Origin: Oopsacas minuta | Taxonomy: Eukaryota > Animalia > Porifera | DNA: 64,000 nt | Assembly: GCA_024704765.1 (NCBI GenBank) | Contig: JAKMXF010000066.1 | Span: forward strand, 248,001 to 312,000 | Direction of reading: 5' to 3' | In this document: positions 1 to 12,420 of the stretch, piece by piece | Layout of the letters: each line of letters begins with the position of its first letter | Position numbering within the stretch: position 1 is the stretch's first letter | Translations under genes and position numbers: made by a program | Notes under the pieces: generated by a model | The model's input: the letters and a program-made list of their open reading frames with translations, nothing else | Databases searched by the model: none | What the model was told of the DNA's origin: nothing

Positions 1-1031
1 TTTTTAAGTCAGGGGGCGGACGAAATTGAAATGGTTAACTGGTGAGTAGTATGCTCATCGGAAATCTCCATATTAACCACATTTTGGTGAACATTTTCCT
101 GTAATATTTGGATTTCGTACTCGGTTATAACGAAATTCAAGTACTGTTCTTGAGAGCTCTTATATTGTAAACTGAGTTAAATTGCTAATCAAATGATAAT
201 TCAATTAATAAAGACTTAATACCTTTTGATGATTTAATACTCGTATAGAGGATGTTAATCAATAAGCTCTGCTGTTTGACAGGCTGTCTTTCGTCTCGAA
301 TAAAGCGCAGTTTCTTCAAATAACCTAAATTCATATAGAAGAAATTTAGAGATTATCCACACATAAAGCTATGTCATTAATTCGGCAAAGTATAATCTAC
401 GTAGAATATTAATAGATAAGTAAAAAGTGATATTATTAGATACAGAAATTAAAGTAAAATAAATATCATAAGTTATCAATCATATGATCTAGCATCATAT
501 GATTGATAATACTGAAATTATGACGTATGCTCCTATCAGCATTCTAATTATAGATTTATAGTAAATTAATATTATATGTAACAGGAAATAATATTAATAA
601 TTATAATCACCACTAGAGCATTTCAAGAAATGAATTAACTGTATTGGGGTTGTTTCCATATGATATATACTTAATAAAGGAAAAAATTTCCTAGAAGTAT
701 TCATAAACAGTCTTTAGAACAGCGGGTCAACTTTTTTAACCCGTGGACGCCGTATAGGCCTATACCATTTTAGTACATTCTGTGGACCCCAGGTTGGCAA
801 CCACAACACAAAAACTAACTTTCCAATTTCTGGAGTCAAATACCTTTCAACAACCCCATTATGCAGATTTGCTTAGAATGTTCAGGCAAGCAAGAATATT
901 TTGCATTAATTAATAAACGAGCAGCACAAGTTGTAATTCACAGGAATTACTCTAAATGAAATTATTTATGTTGTATTACATATAAAATTGTTCCAGTTTA
1001 GTGCAAATAGTCATGTAAATCTATATTGTAG

Positions 1032-1302
1032 CGTGACCTACGTAATATAAGGCCTGACTGTTCATTGGGACCATGGATTACTTAAAGTGCATACGTTGAA
1101 TATGATATGTTGAGATTAATACCGTTGTTTTTGACAATATTCTTACCAAATGGTAGATAGAAGGTAATCATATTTACACTACTACAACAAAAATTGTATA
1201 AATAAAGAAATAAGAAATGCTAGGACAACAAAATGCACTTTAAGTAATCCATGGTAGGTAATTCTATGCACAATAGTCAGGCCTTATATTACGTAGGTCA
1301 CG
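1032..1302. mobile_element. MITE with perfect 28-bp TIRs, a subterminal 22-bp inverted repeat and a 7-bp target-site duplication
   Basis: CGTGACCTACGTAATATAAGGCCTGACT at 1032-1059 and its exact reverse complement at 1275-1302. Inner IR CCATGGATTACTTAAAGTGCAT at 1071-1092 / 1233-1254. ATTGTAG flanks both ends (1025-1031, 1303-1309). Confidence 0.85.
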
Positions 1303-1395
1303 ATTGTAGCTATTTAATTAAATACTAAATATTATGAATTAGTTTAATCATATATTCAATTTATAGACTCTAAGTTTAAGACACAATAGTGGGTG

Positions 1396-1938
1396 TTATA
1401 CAAATATCGAATGATGTAATGAATCTATTTTATCCTTCTTCCTCAGTCTCTCATCTACATAATATTGCATCAATTCGTCATTAGGTTCGCATGTCTTCTG
1501 TTGTTCTGTCTCATAGACCGTAACATCTGTTATTTCAAGCAATCCCTTAATTTGATCTACCCAGATCTGCATGATATCTGAAGAACCTGCACTAAAGAAG
1601 TAAGTCCTCCTCAGTGTCACCAAATCGAATATATTCCCAAACTTGTCATTTCCCAGTCCAATTTCAATACGTTGTACATCCTTAAGATTGATTATTGCTA
1701 TGGGATTGTCTTGAGTGCTGTTGGTATAATACTCCAGAGTTTTGTCAGCTCTTAAGATGAAATAGCGTTTATGCCATCTCTTCTTTACGATAGACTTCTT
1801 GAGAGGAGGAGATTTTATCAGGAACCCGGACATTATTATTTCTGAATGATTCCTACAGTGACATTTAGTACAATGAACCAGATCAGAATGTGTGGTCAGA
1901 CAACTTTCTTCTCCTTTGTAGTTAAGCATGGACTCCAT
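1396..1938 (-). CDS. PH-domain-only protein, GAB/DOS-type PH domain, with a Cys/His-rich N-terminus (paralog A)
   Basis: Motifs GFLIKSPPLKK..KRWHKRYFILR..LEYY..PIAIINL..IFDL.T..RTYFFSA...WV match the GAB-family PH pattern. Single-exon ORF, near-identical to 3360-3845 in its core. Confidence 0.8.
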   Translation of the reverse strand: MESMLNYKGEESCLTTHSDLVHCTKCHCRNHSEIIMSGFLIKSPPLKKSIVKKRWHKRYFILRADKTLEYYTNSTQDNPIAIINLKDVQRIEIGLGNDKFGNIFDLVTLRRTYFFSAGSSDIMQIWVDQIKGLLEITDVTVYETEQQKTCEPNDELMQYYVDERLRKKDKIDSLHHSIFV

Positions 1939-3359
1939 GTATTCTTTATTAAGTGTGTAATTATGTTTATTAGTTATCTCAGTAATCTCTACTATTTATA
2001 GAGTTTATGAAGCACTGTCAATTTACATTTTCACTGTACTTGGGTTACGTTAGTATTCAATTATAGTGAAATCAATATAATGATCTGATATAATACAGGA
2101 AGTCACAGTCTAAGTCATTGAAATTTCGGTCATAAATCTGATCATATTGTTGGATAAGATTCCAGTAAATTAAATTGGCGAAAAGAGTTGAAATTATACT
2201 GTGTTGTTAGCAGAAGGTAATCATATTCGTAATGCTTACAATCCTCTACTATATATTTACATAATGCCGATGTGAGCATTACACTATTACACTTAATATC
2301 CATAAATATTTGAGGGAATTATTCAACCAAAATGCTGACCTCTGCAACAATTGTTAATCCAAACACAAAATACAGCACACTAAATTTTTACCCACACAAC
2401 TACTGCAAGTGCACTGAAAGCTTTCGAAAAAGCTTAATCGTAAAGTGTACAAATATGTGCAATACTTAACGGAGTCATGTGTTAACCGTAAATGGTGGAT
2501 ATCTCGTTCTTTCGGGCGAGATTTCCGTTGACGATATATCCGCATATACGGAAACAGTGTTATAGCCGTAATAAGGGTCCATAGTTCAAAAGCTCGTACG
2601 AGATTGAAACATAATCTGACCAGAAAATTCTCAACATGTAAGCTCAGGACAATAATCATATGTTGAGGTTATAAACAATACTATAATTACTCAATACACG
2701 TATCACATAATAGATAATTACTAGTCTCGTGAAATATATTTCAGTGAAAATGAAACACACTACTGTATATTCATATATGGATCTGATTTTAAACTTTTAG
2801 GTCTTAGATGATTCTGTCAATATGATATTAAAAGTGTACTGATATTAATTAACAGGACATATTATCAGTAATAGTGGTAGGTTAAACTGCTTTCTTTCAA
2901 AACTTTCCTAGAATATTGTATGTATTCAGGAAATAACAGAATGCATTTTATAAGAGAAATTGTCTAATGTCATTATTTTCAATATGACAGGAAGTACGTA
3001 TATCACAATTATTATTATTATAACTCAATTGTTTGTTGTTTGGTAATTAGGGAAACATGAGTAAGGCCGAATTTTATTCTGAGACTACTTAAAATCAAAT
3101 TATTGACGACGGGGGGTGGGGCCCCGTTTACGGGGTACCCCCGAGTACTGAATACAAATTCAGTCTTATTCAGTCAACCCAATAATTATAAGCAGACTGA
3201 ATGCAAATTTCCCATTTTTAGTTCGCAAAATATAATAGCTAGAAAGCATTAGTTAAGTAAGCATCAATGCAAAGGAACACGAAAACTATAAATAACTAGC
3301 ATAAGGAATATTCATCTAAAATAATAAATTCGCATTTCAAACAAAATTCAAAAAATAAA

Positions 3360-3845
3360 ATGGACACGGAATTGATCAAGGAAGAAAATTGTCTAACCAG
3401 ACATGGTTCTCTGGTTCATTGCACTAAATGTCACTGTAGGAATCATTCAGAAATAATAATGTCCGGATTCCTGATAAAATCTCCTCCTCTCAAGAAGTCT
3501 ATCGTAAAGAAGAGATGGCACAAACGCTATTTCATCTTAAGAGCTGACAAAACTCTGGAGTATTACACCAACAGCAGGAAAGACAATCCCATAGCAATAA
3601 TCAATCTTAAGGATGTACAACGTATTGAAGTAGGACTGGGAAATGACAAGTTTGGGAATATATTCGATTTAGTGATACTGAAGAGGACTTACTTCTTTAG
3701 TGCAGGTAATTCTGATCTTATGTCGAAGTGGGTAGATCAAATTAGAGAATTAATACCAAGAACTGATGTTACTGTCTATGAAAAACAACAAGAGAGAACA
3801 TGCAATCTTGATGACAAGTTGATGCAATATTATGTCAAAGAATGA
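3360..3845 (+). CDS. PH-domain-only protein, GAB/DOS-type (paralog B, inverted duplicate)
   Basis: Same PH motifs as 1396-1938. The core is nearly identical at nucleotide level, while the N- and C-termini diverge. Confidence 0.8.
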   Translation: MDTELIKEENCLTRHGSLVHCTKCHCRNHSEIIMSGFLIKSPPLKKSIVKKRWHKRYFILRADKTLEYYTNSRKDNPIAIINLKDVQRIEVGLGNDKFGNIFDLVILKRTYFFSAGNSDLMSKWVDQIRELIPRTDVTVYEKQQERTCNLDDKLMQYYVKE

Positions 3846-4511
3846 TATGTGATAAAGTATGGAAATCCATGTATTACTATGTTAGAATCTGTAAATCTTA
3901 CTCAATACATTTGAATGGAAGAGTTACTGTTTAGTAAATACATAATAAATAAACAATAGTAAATAATATTGAGACAAAAATTAAATTTTGGATAAAAAAT
4001 CAGATTTCAATAATTCGGGAATTGTTTCAAATAATCTAAGTAAATGTGGGCTAAAATACAGGACTGTCTTGTTGCAGTCGTAATAGGTTGAACTTATTCA
4101 AGTTTCCCCTTTGCGAAATAGAAATGCATAAACGGGGTTGTTAAATAATTTTAACAAGAATTTGTTTGCTCATGTGAATTACTTCTAGTCCGTTGAATAT
4201 GGTCACAAATACACTAGATTGCCTAAGCCAGTAAGCTATTTAATACTCAGCTGGCGTGGCGATTGGCATAGATTTAGGACTGCAATGCAGATGTCCATGC
4301 ATTCATGAATCTAACAAACTTGTAAATATTTTTCAAGCTAGTTACATTCATGAATAGAATTTCTTTTGTAAATAATATTCAGTGCAAATGTATATTAAAC
4401 CACATTTATCGTTAGTAAGTACAAATCACATTCCAATTTGATAGGAATTCCAGCTGATTAATGCTAGGAAATCAAACAGACAGAATGACATATAAGGTAA
4501 AATTACATGAC

Positions 4512-4566
4512 TAATTAAGTCGGACATGATTACTCGGAAAACGAGTAATCATGTCCGACTTAATTA
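4512..4566. repeat. Perfect 25-bp hairpin/palindrome with a 5-nt loop
   Basis: TAATTAAGTCGGACATGATTACTCG (4512-4536) + GAAAA + exact reverse complement (4542-4566). Confidence 0.9.
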
Positions 4567-4933
4567 AGGCTATTAATGTTGCCGGAATTCCCGCAGAGGC
4601 ATTAAAACTAGTAAGAGGTAGCGTAATTCAAATAATACCATCACAATATACATAATAACATTCCATATGTTTTCGTATTTCTTTGTAATAATTTCTTCAT
4701 TTCATCCACTTCTATGATTAATCAGCATATTTTTGCTAGAAATATGTTCTTAATGACGTATGTTATGTATTGATTGCCAAGCACACAAACGAAATAAATA
4801 ATTCAATCAACAAAATACAAAATATACTTAAGATAATACCCAAGTTATATGAATGCCATGTCTTTGTTATTCCATATAGTGGCTCAAAGTGAATTGAAGT
4901 GTATTTTAACTTATCAATTAATGGTATCTGATA

Positions 4934-5219
4934 GGGCTGTATCAACTCATTTTATTGAATGAGTTGAATGAGTTGACAACGCAATCGGGCCTGGACTCGG
5001 TATGAAAAGTAGGTATATTATCTGTTCCAAGAATTGGGAATCATCAAGGGCAATGATGTAACAATGTATTTTGCTCCCACCGAAACACCAATGCATCAGT
5101 TTTATAATGTTCTAAGCTTATTATTTCAAGTTAAACTCTTGGTTATAAAAAGAGTTGGTAAAAAATCAACTCTTTATTTAAGTTGAATGAGTTGGTAGAA
5201 AAATGAGTTGATACAGCCC
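4934..5219. mobile_element. MITE-like element with 20-bp TIRs and internal GAGTTG repeats
   Basis: GGGCTGTATCAACTCATTTT (4934-4953) and its reverse complement (5200-5219). Multiple subterminal GAGTTG/CAACTC motifs. No TSD recognised. Confidence 0.7.
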
Positions 5220-6150
5220 GTCACTTGTATGGATTCTTCCAAAATTGCTATTATTATGTTTTCAATATGAGGAAGATAAAATAATTCGATTCTGACCTCC
5301 TGGAGAGATATTTATCAAGTAAACAATTGAGTACAGTTGTAACCAGGAAGGAACAATCATATGAAGTCATATCACAGTTACAGTTATTAACGAAGAATCA
5401 TAATAATATTTAGAATAAATATAAATACTAAAAGATCAAATTTAGAAACTAAGCATTAGGTATCTCCAGTCATTTAATATACAAATTCATGAACTGGTCA
5501 AGTTAATGCTAAACTATTCCACTACATGCATTGTTAGCTGAGAGAGAGTTGTCTCTCTTATGCTTGGAAGATGTGGAACATTACATTAATTTATTTATAA
5601 TTCTTTGTCCCGGACTATGAAAACTTATAATTGAAGCATATTGTTTGAGCGACAACCTTCCAGGAATGAGAGCCGGGGTGATGTTTTTTTGTTTTATGGA
5701 TATTTTTTGGGATTTAGCCTAACTGCTACAAATTAAACTTCTTTCTTTCTTTTCCAATATTTATCTTATATAATTTGCAAGGTTGCAACCGAATAGTTCA
5801 ATATTCGGTTACCAACATAGAATATAGAAGTTATTTCGGTTTATCGTAATTATCGAGCATTTAATTACAAAACATAATCAGAATCAATAAACTTAACAGA
5901 CAAATGAACAAATAGAGAAATTCGCTGATATAAATCATTTAATATTTCTGAGTTATTCTTGGTAAGTAATTTAATTTGGATATTGATTAGTAATATTACT
6001 GTTATTAAATTCCAACTTCGTAGAAAAATGGCAACGAGATAGCAGAGCTCAAAAATTTTTGATTTGTATATGTTCAAAACCTCAAAATTATGTTATCATA
6101 CCAACCGTGGGGTAATTATCCAATATTGGAAATTAGATAAAATTTAAACA

Positions 6151-6304
6151 CAGTCTACTTCCGTTATATCGAAAAAGGGGGCATATATCGAAGTCTGGAA
6201 TTGTACAAATATGGTCCCAAACTGTCAAAGTAACATATATTCCATTGGTCAAATCGAAGTAATTTTCGCGGTTCCTCGAACTTCAACATAACGGGAGTTG
6301 ACTG
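6151..6304. mobile_element. MITE family A (Tc1/mariner-pogo-like, TIR consensus CAGTCAACTCCCGTTATATCGAA)
   Basis: Starts CAGTCTACTTCCGTTATATCGAA and ends ATAACGGGAGTTGACTG followed by TA. Internal AAATTGTACAAATATGGTCCCAAAC block shared with other copies. Confidence 0.8.
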
Positions 6305-6385
6305 TAATTAAAGTCAAAGCAAAAACACCCAATAAAAGTACAAAAGTCAACGAAATTATTCTAAAATTACTAAACAATAATAACA

Positions 6386-9340
6386 TCATTCATTTTTCTC
6401 CTTAAAACTGCTCATTGCCTTATCAAAATCATCTTTACTCACAACAATAGTCTCATAACAATCAGGTTTTCCTTCTCTCTTCAATTCTTCTACTTTCTTA
6501 TTCAATCCATTCATCATTGCATCATAACATATACTGTATATATGGCTACCACTGACTGTACCTTTAACAGATTGACTCATCTCTTTTAAATCAACTTCAG
6601 GATCCATTCGGAAATTCTTAGTTACAGCTCTGAAAACTTTTTCAATTTCTTCTGGAGTTTCGCAATGCCCTACATGTATGGATCTGTCGAGCCTTCCTGG
6701 TCGTATCAGAGCGGGGTCCAGAAGGTCGATTCTATTGGTAGCGGCTACTACGTATACATTTGGGGTCTTGGCTACTCTGTCTATCTCAGTGAGTAACTGT
6801 GAGGATACTCTGTCCATAACTCCTCCAGAATCTCCTGTATCTCCTCTCCTAGGTGCAAGAGAGTCAATCTCATCAAAGAATAGGATACAAGGTGCTGATT
6901 CTATTGCTGTATCGAATAGATCTCGCAGATTACACTCACTTTGTCCTACGTACATGTCAAGTAGCTCTGGTCCCTTTACATTAAGGAAATGACATTTACA
7001 CTCAGTAGCTATTGCCTTAGCCATCATTGTCTTACCACAACCTGGAGGACCATGCAGTAACAAGCCACACCTCTTAAATTTTAAGTCAGCCTCACTCATT
7101 TCTTCAGAAGAGAAGAATAGCGAACTCATAATCTCCTCCTTCACTCCCTCCAGCCCACCAATATCGTCCCAGTTCACCTTTGGTATTTCAGTTAGTTTCA
7201 TAGTCTTAGATTGTTGTGATCTCAATTGTTTCAAAGCATCCGTAATATCCTCACTGGTAACTACTGTAGATAGATTATGACAAGGTAGAATGTCTATGTC
7301 TAGCTCAGATAATAAATCAGAGGTTCTAGCAACCGCGTTAAGATTTGTAATATTCAACACAAACTGTATATCTCCTAGTAAGAACTTGTGACAATCTTTG
7401 GCTATTACTGACAGATCAACATCAGAAGCGAATACCCATCGTGACGTCATTAATCGCATTACCTCATATACTTCTCGTGATTTCAGATATGGTATCATAA
7501 CTGTGTTATGAAACGCTTCGTCTATGGATTCGGGTATATCTTTGAGTGACGATGTTCCCCCAATGATAATCAATGGTAATCCTTCTTTGCTTTTGTATTC
7601 ACAAATTAGTTCTGATAAGTACATAGCTAGTCTGAATTGACTGGTATCCTGTTTATCAACTGGAGTTAATAGTTGTAGGGATGATAAGAATACAATACAA
7701 GGTCTTGTTCTGAGGGCTGAGCTGAATAAAGTGACTAGTTTAGAGTCTGCATCATTTTGGGAATCAAAAACTATGTCATGACAGTCAAAATAAATAAAAT
7801 GCAGGGAAAAGAGGCGAGCTATAGTCCTGGCTAGTGTTGCTTTACCACTTCCTGGTTTACCCTCAATTAATATTCCATTATTAAACTTAGTATGTGGGTT
7901 ACTAGACATGCACACTAGGGGGTATACGAATCTCAACAGCTGGACCAGGGATTCATCCAGTCCATAAGGAAATGGACAATCATAGAATTCATCCATTGAA
8001 TAACAGTGTGGTGTATGTCCATCCATGTGACCTATCTGTGATAGTGTACTGTGTTCATATGCTACCCATTTCAATTCATTTTCTAATTTATTACTTGTTG
8101 GATTCAAAGGAGTAATTGCTTTTGTATCTTTTTGATCTTTTACTTTCAGAGATTCTACTTTGTAATACAAAAATTCTCTATTAAGAAAATTCTCAATACA
8201 AATGAAATCTCCCTCTCTAAGGAGTTTGGGTACATCGAAGTATTTTTGTAGCTCTACAGAGTACGTGTCAGTTGTATCGATGTCAGGTGTCATTACCTGC
8301 CTAAGAGTGACGTCAGAAGCTAGAAGAACAGGCATTTTTGCCTCAACAATATCTCCGTAGAAAGCATACCAGTTGGGATGTAGTGGAGAGTTAGTGAGGA
8401 GATTTTGTGAAGCTACGTAGCATAAAACTGTCCCTCTGTCCAGATCTTCCTTCACATTATGGCTAATACAATTCTGTAGACATATAGTCTCTCTCTCATG
8501 CATGATAATCACAATACAAAGTCTCTTAATTGGGTTTAATTCTAAGTCAATAGGAGGAATCTTAAACCAATCACAATTTTGAAATACATTGTTTGATAGA
8601 GTTTGTTTAATTTCTATCTCAACCCAATCTTTATCTTGTAAGCCAAGAAGTAAGGCATCTTTATGATTAAGCATTATAGCGGTAGAATCTACAAATCCGT
8701 GAGGTATGAATCTAATATTCCCCTGCTTCTTAACAGGCTCTATTATTAATTCTAACTCTGTTCTATAGTCTATATAACCGTATATAAATTCTTCTGTGCA
8801 TACCATACGTGTTGCTAAGCAACGAGGTTGTTGTTGATCAACTGGAGTAATTTCTCCCTTCTTTTCTGGCAGAGAGATTAAGAATATACTCTGTGTTTGA
8901 CAAGTAATAGGAGCTATAGAACATTGTGAAGATATTAACTGTAGGATATTAGCTCTATCCCAGTCTACACTCTCTTGCATACACAATACAACCTTGGTTA
9001 GCCTAGGAAGCTGACATTTGTATAACAATACACGATCATTATCATGTATATTATAGTGTGAGGACAAATAGTTAGGGAATAGAATTATTGGACGAGATTC
9101 CTTGTCAGTATTGAAACCAGAATCAGAATAATCTTTCAAGAGTTTTATTGTAAATAGTTGTATATACCCGTTGTTAAACGAGGTGGATTCTGCATCTGAT
9201 ATTATCCGAGAGAGAAGCACACCAGATAGACCATCTTCTTCTGTCAGTAGAGAAGGAATAGACTTTTTGTTGCGAGGTATATCTGGTATGTATAGTGCTG
9301 GAGGTAGTCGGAGGGATGTAGAGTGTAGTATACACAACAT
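6386..9340 (-). CDS. PEX6: Peroxisomal AAA+ ATPase PEX6 (single exon)
   Basis: 984-aa ORF with two AAA modules: GKPGSGKAT in D1, and GPPGCGKT, VKGPELLDMYVGQSE, FFDEIDSLAPRRGDTGDSGGVMDRVSSQLL in D2, the last being PEX6-diagnostic. Confidence 0.93.
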   Translation of the reverse strand: MLCILHSTSLRLPPALYIPDIPRNKKSIPSLLTEEDGLSGVLLSRIISDAESTSFNNGYIQLFTIKLLKDYSDSGFNTDKESRPIILFPNYLSSHYNIHDNDRVLLYKCQLPRLTKVVLCMQESVDWDRANILQLISSQCSIAPITCQTQSIFLISLPEKKGEITPVDQQQPRCLATRMVCTEEFIYGYIDYRTELELIIEPVKKQGNIRFIPHGFVDSTAIMLNHKDALLLGLQDKDWVEIEIKQTLSNNVFQNCDWFKIPPIDLELNPIKRLCIVIIMHERETICLQNCISHNVKEDLDRGTVLCYVASQNLLTNSPLHPNWYAFYGDIVEAKMPVLLASDVTLRQVMTPDIDTTDTYSVELQKYFDVPKLLREGDFICIENFLNREFLYYKVESLKVKDQKDTKAITPLNPTSNKLENELKWVAYEHSTLSQIGHMDGHTPHCYSMDEFYDCPFPYGLDESLVQLLRFVYPLVCMSSNPHTKFNNGILIEGKPGSGKATLARTIARLFSLHFIYFDCHDIVFDSQNDADSKLVTLFSSALRTRPCIVFLSSLQLLTPVDKQDTSQFRLAMYLSELICEYKSKEGLPLIIIGGTSSLKDIPESIDEAFHNTVMIPYLKSREVYEVMRLMTSRWVFASDVDLSVIAKDCHKFLLGDIQFVLNITNLNAVARTSDLLSELDIDILPCHNLSTVVTSEDITDALKQLRSQQSKTMKLTEIPKVNWDDIGGLEGVKEEIMSSLFFSSEEMSEADLKFKRCGLLLHGPPGCGKTMMAKAIATECKCHFLNVKGPELLDMYVGQSECNLRDLFDTAIESAPCILFFDEIDSLAPRRGDTGDSGGVMDRVSSQLLTEIDRVAKTPNVYVVAATNRIDLLDPALIRPGRLDRSIHVGHCETPEEIEKVFRAVTKNFRMDPEVDLKEMSQSVKGTVSGSHIYSICYDAMMNGLNKKVEELKREGKPDCYETIVVSKDDFDKAMSSFKEKNE

Positions 9341-9547
9341 GTGGTAAGGTAGTACGCTAATTTATCATGCTTATGTATAACAATACGAAGTAAATTATAA
9401 TAGTGAAAATATTCGTGTGTGTGTTTAAAATGCGTAAATATATTGTTAATCTATTAATGAGAAATGCAATATATATGATACACAAATATTGTATACGATA
9501 ATTCACTTTCGTGCATACTGTTGCAGGAAAATAGATTCTATTTCTAT

Positions 9548-12420
9548 TCAATAAAGTTGCCAGCAAACTTCCGCCAAATAAAGTCGTAAGTAATTTGAAA
9601 AAATCAACGTGCAATGAATAAGTATTACTAGAATACAACTAATACCGTACTTACCAAATACTGAGATGATACACATAGCTACAGAATTTCCGATCACTCT
9701 ACATCTCTCTGTATCAACATAAGAAGTAAGTCCTAGCTCTTCTTCAAGTTCCTTCTGACAGGCCCAGTTTGCAAACGCAGGCATTAATAGTTTATGTACC
9801 AAACATTTGTGTACCCACTGACTGTCTTTCACTTTAGCTATCGTCTGCAGAGATACTGCTATCTTATGAGCTACTGGACTCAGTACTTTTTTACAACCTA
9901 TGTAAATAGGATATTGATGATATGTATGATATGTGTGTGTATTTATATACAACTCAGTGATAATTATAGTATTCTACTCACCACTGTTAACTAATCTAAC
10001 TTCAGTAGAAGTGATAAGTAAATCGAGTAGTTCCTCTGTGAAACAACTCATAGTATCTTCTGGCCAGTATAAGTTAGGCTAGATATGAAATAATGTATAA
10101 GATACATAGTGAAATGAACTACAAATTTCAAAAGAGAAACTTAGGTAATAAGTTACCTTATCCCAATTACAGATCAGCTCAAGAGTGGTGAAACACTAGA
10201 AATAAAATATGTTGGCATTTACAATGGATTAATGGCAATGAAACGAAATGTCAGATTTAAAATTACAAACTGTATGCTAGTGTGTAACAACTCACTGGAT
10301 AATACACTTGTAGAGTATAGTCGCTGTAGAGAATTGAACTGAATATTACTTGCATTGTCGATAAGAATACTTGCTTAGATAATACTAGAGAGAATAAATA
10401 AATAAATAAGTGTTACTTGAAAGAATATTTGTTAGCTACAGAATAACGATATTATACCTTTATAACCCTCTTCATTTTCACGCTGGACTATCTGATCTGA
10501 CTATGAGAAAGAAATACAATAATTTAGTCTAGTACAGATTTTAGTGAAAAAATACGTACGTATATACTATATTGTATGTAGTAATGCACTTGTACATACG
10601 TTCTATAGAAATCTAATAATTAAGTAAGTAAACAAACCAATCTACGTAGAACTTTAGGCCAAACAACTCCCATAGACTGATAAAGTAGAATATCAGCAAC
10701 AGAGAAGTCTAATCTCTGTAGAGGAAGAGCCATGAAGAAGAAACCCATCTTATCAGAATTATCTAGGAAAACAACAAATGTCTAAGAGCACTGTTCAAAG
10801 TACAAGGAATCCCAAAGCAAATCCTTATACCTACCTTGTAGACGATATATCGTAGTCAAGATACGGCTATAGATAGAGAAAGTTAGGAATAAATATATTA
10901 GAATTGTTACAAGTACACATAGCGTTGTTCGCCGATTAAGAATATTCGCTAATTACATTTTTCAGTGATTAGAGTCCAGTTTGTATTGGAAATGATTTTT
11001 CTAATAGCAAGTTCAAGTATTAACAAAGGAAATTCGAACTCCACTTTATATTATGATATATAGTTATTAACTCACCATGCACTAGTTAACCTCGAATATG
11101 TGTAGATAGCGGTGATTTTTGGTATATTAGGCTTGATGCAAAATAGAATAGACTCCAGACAATGTATTAGAGTCTGAAGTAAAGGGTACTTTGTGTTATC
11201 TCCCTATAGGAATAGATACATAATATAGAAGGTTTACATACAGATATAGCATAGCTATCATACCAAATGAGGAGCTTTATTACACTCTAGAATAAGGAAT
11301 ACTAGCTGAGCTTCAAAAGGAGCTAGAATAGGAGGATAGCTAGGAGCAGAGGGGGATATTACTTCTCTCTCATAGCTGGAGTGTCTTGTCCAGTATGTTA
11401 AGTCAAGCCAGCAATCTTCCATGCATTTCATCTATTGAGGATATTATAAATTAATAACTTAAGTAAATATTATCTATAATAAATATTCGAACTTCTATTA
11501 TAATACTAACTCTATGCTAAGTAATCTAAATTTTGATGTTTGAATGTAAATTAGCCTCCCAAATAATCTCAGACAAAAATAGTTTTCTACTATCTTTGGG
11601 TAAAAAAAGTATAATTGTAAGTTCATTATTTAAATAACTTGTCAAGGGGTTTGGCTTGTTTCTGTGTAAAAACGAGGTATTCTCAGGGAAAGGTAAGAAC
11701 CTCATAGAGGAGATACAATGCCTCTTCAATTGAACCCAAAAAATTTCATTGCTATGTAAAATACATAGAAATTTTACTAATGCATTGCATTACCATGAGA
11801 GGTTCCTCTTCAGGTATACCAATCTGTGTTAGCTTGTCTGGAGGAGTATAACATGTATTCTTCTTTATGTTAAAGTAACACACATGTTTGATTAGCTGAG
11901 ATATTGTGTCTTCCACTGCTACTGGTAGCATCTGTAGGAACTGAAATAGAAATGAATAATTATAATCATTCACATAATTATACAGCATTTGAATGCAGGG
12001 ATTCACTATTATGGTTATTATAACTGAAAATTGCATTTTCATGTTTCGATTTCTATAAGCCTGATACTCGTATTATTCAATCTCTTTTGGAATGTTTAAA
12101 AATACATTACTACCATCAATAGAGTAGTGTTAGGATGGCATGACAGATAAACTGCATCAAGGTAGTAATGTGTTATATGTTATACAATTAATACAACTTC
12201 TTTTCCATCTGTTCATATACTACAAGGATTCTCAGATCAAATCATGTCAATACCTTAATAATGCCTTGAATGATTGGAAGAGAGTTGTGTATGTTCTCAG
12301 GGTTTTTTAGCATCAACAGTATATCTTGTACTTTAAGTGCGCCCAATCTCAGACGCTCCAATGTCTTCACTACATCTATAGATAATAGCGGAAGTTTAAT
12401 AGGTTTCAACTATTTTCATA
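9548..12420 (-). CDS. ICE1: Multi-exon C-terminal part of an ICE1-like (little elongation complex subunit 1) gene
   Basis: Hand-spliced GT-AG exons give DCWLDLTYWTRHSSY..SYPPILAPFEAQLVF, RILTTIYRLQ, LLYQSMGVVWPKVL and SQWVHKCLVHKLLMPAFANW. These resemble, from memory, the human ICE1 C-terminal domain (FDLLPVIRSHVY, RVYVGICRQL, WIWTHDNIISKELWPVMDKW). Exon boundaries approximate. Confidence 0.55.

Noticed and set aside
12-340. Possible small spliced minus-strand gene at the window start
   Set aside because: The open stretches and splice signals are plausible, but the frames do not join into a recognisable protein. Support is insufficient.
2354-2659. CpG-richer ORF between the PH paralogs
   Set aside because: No recognisable domain in any frame I translated. 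Possibly a decayed repeat fragment.
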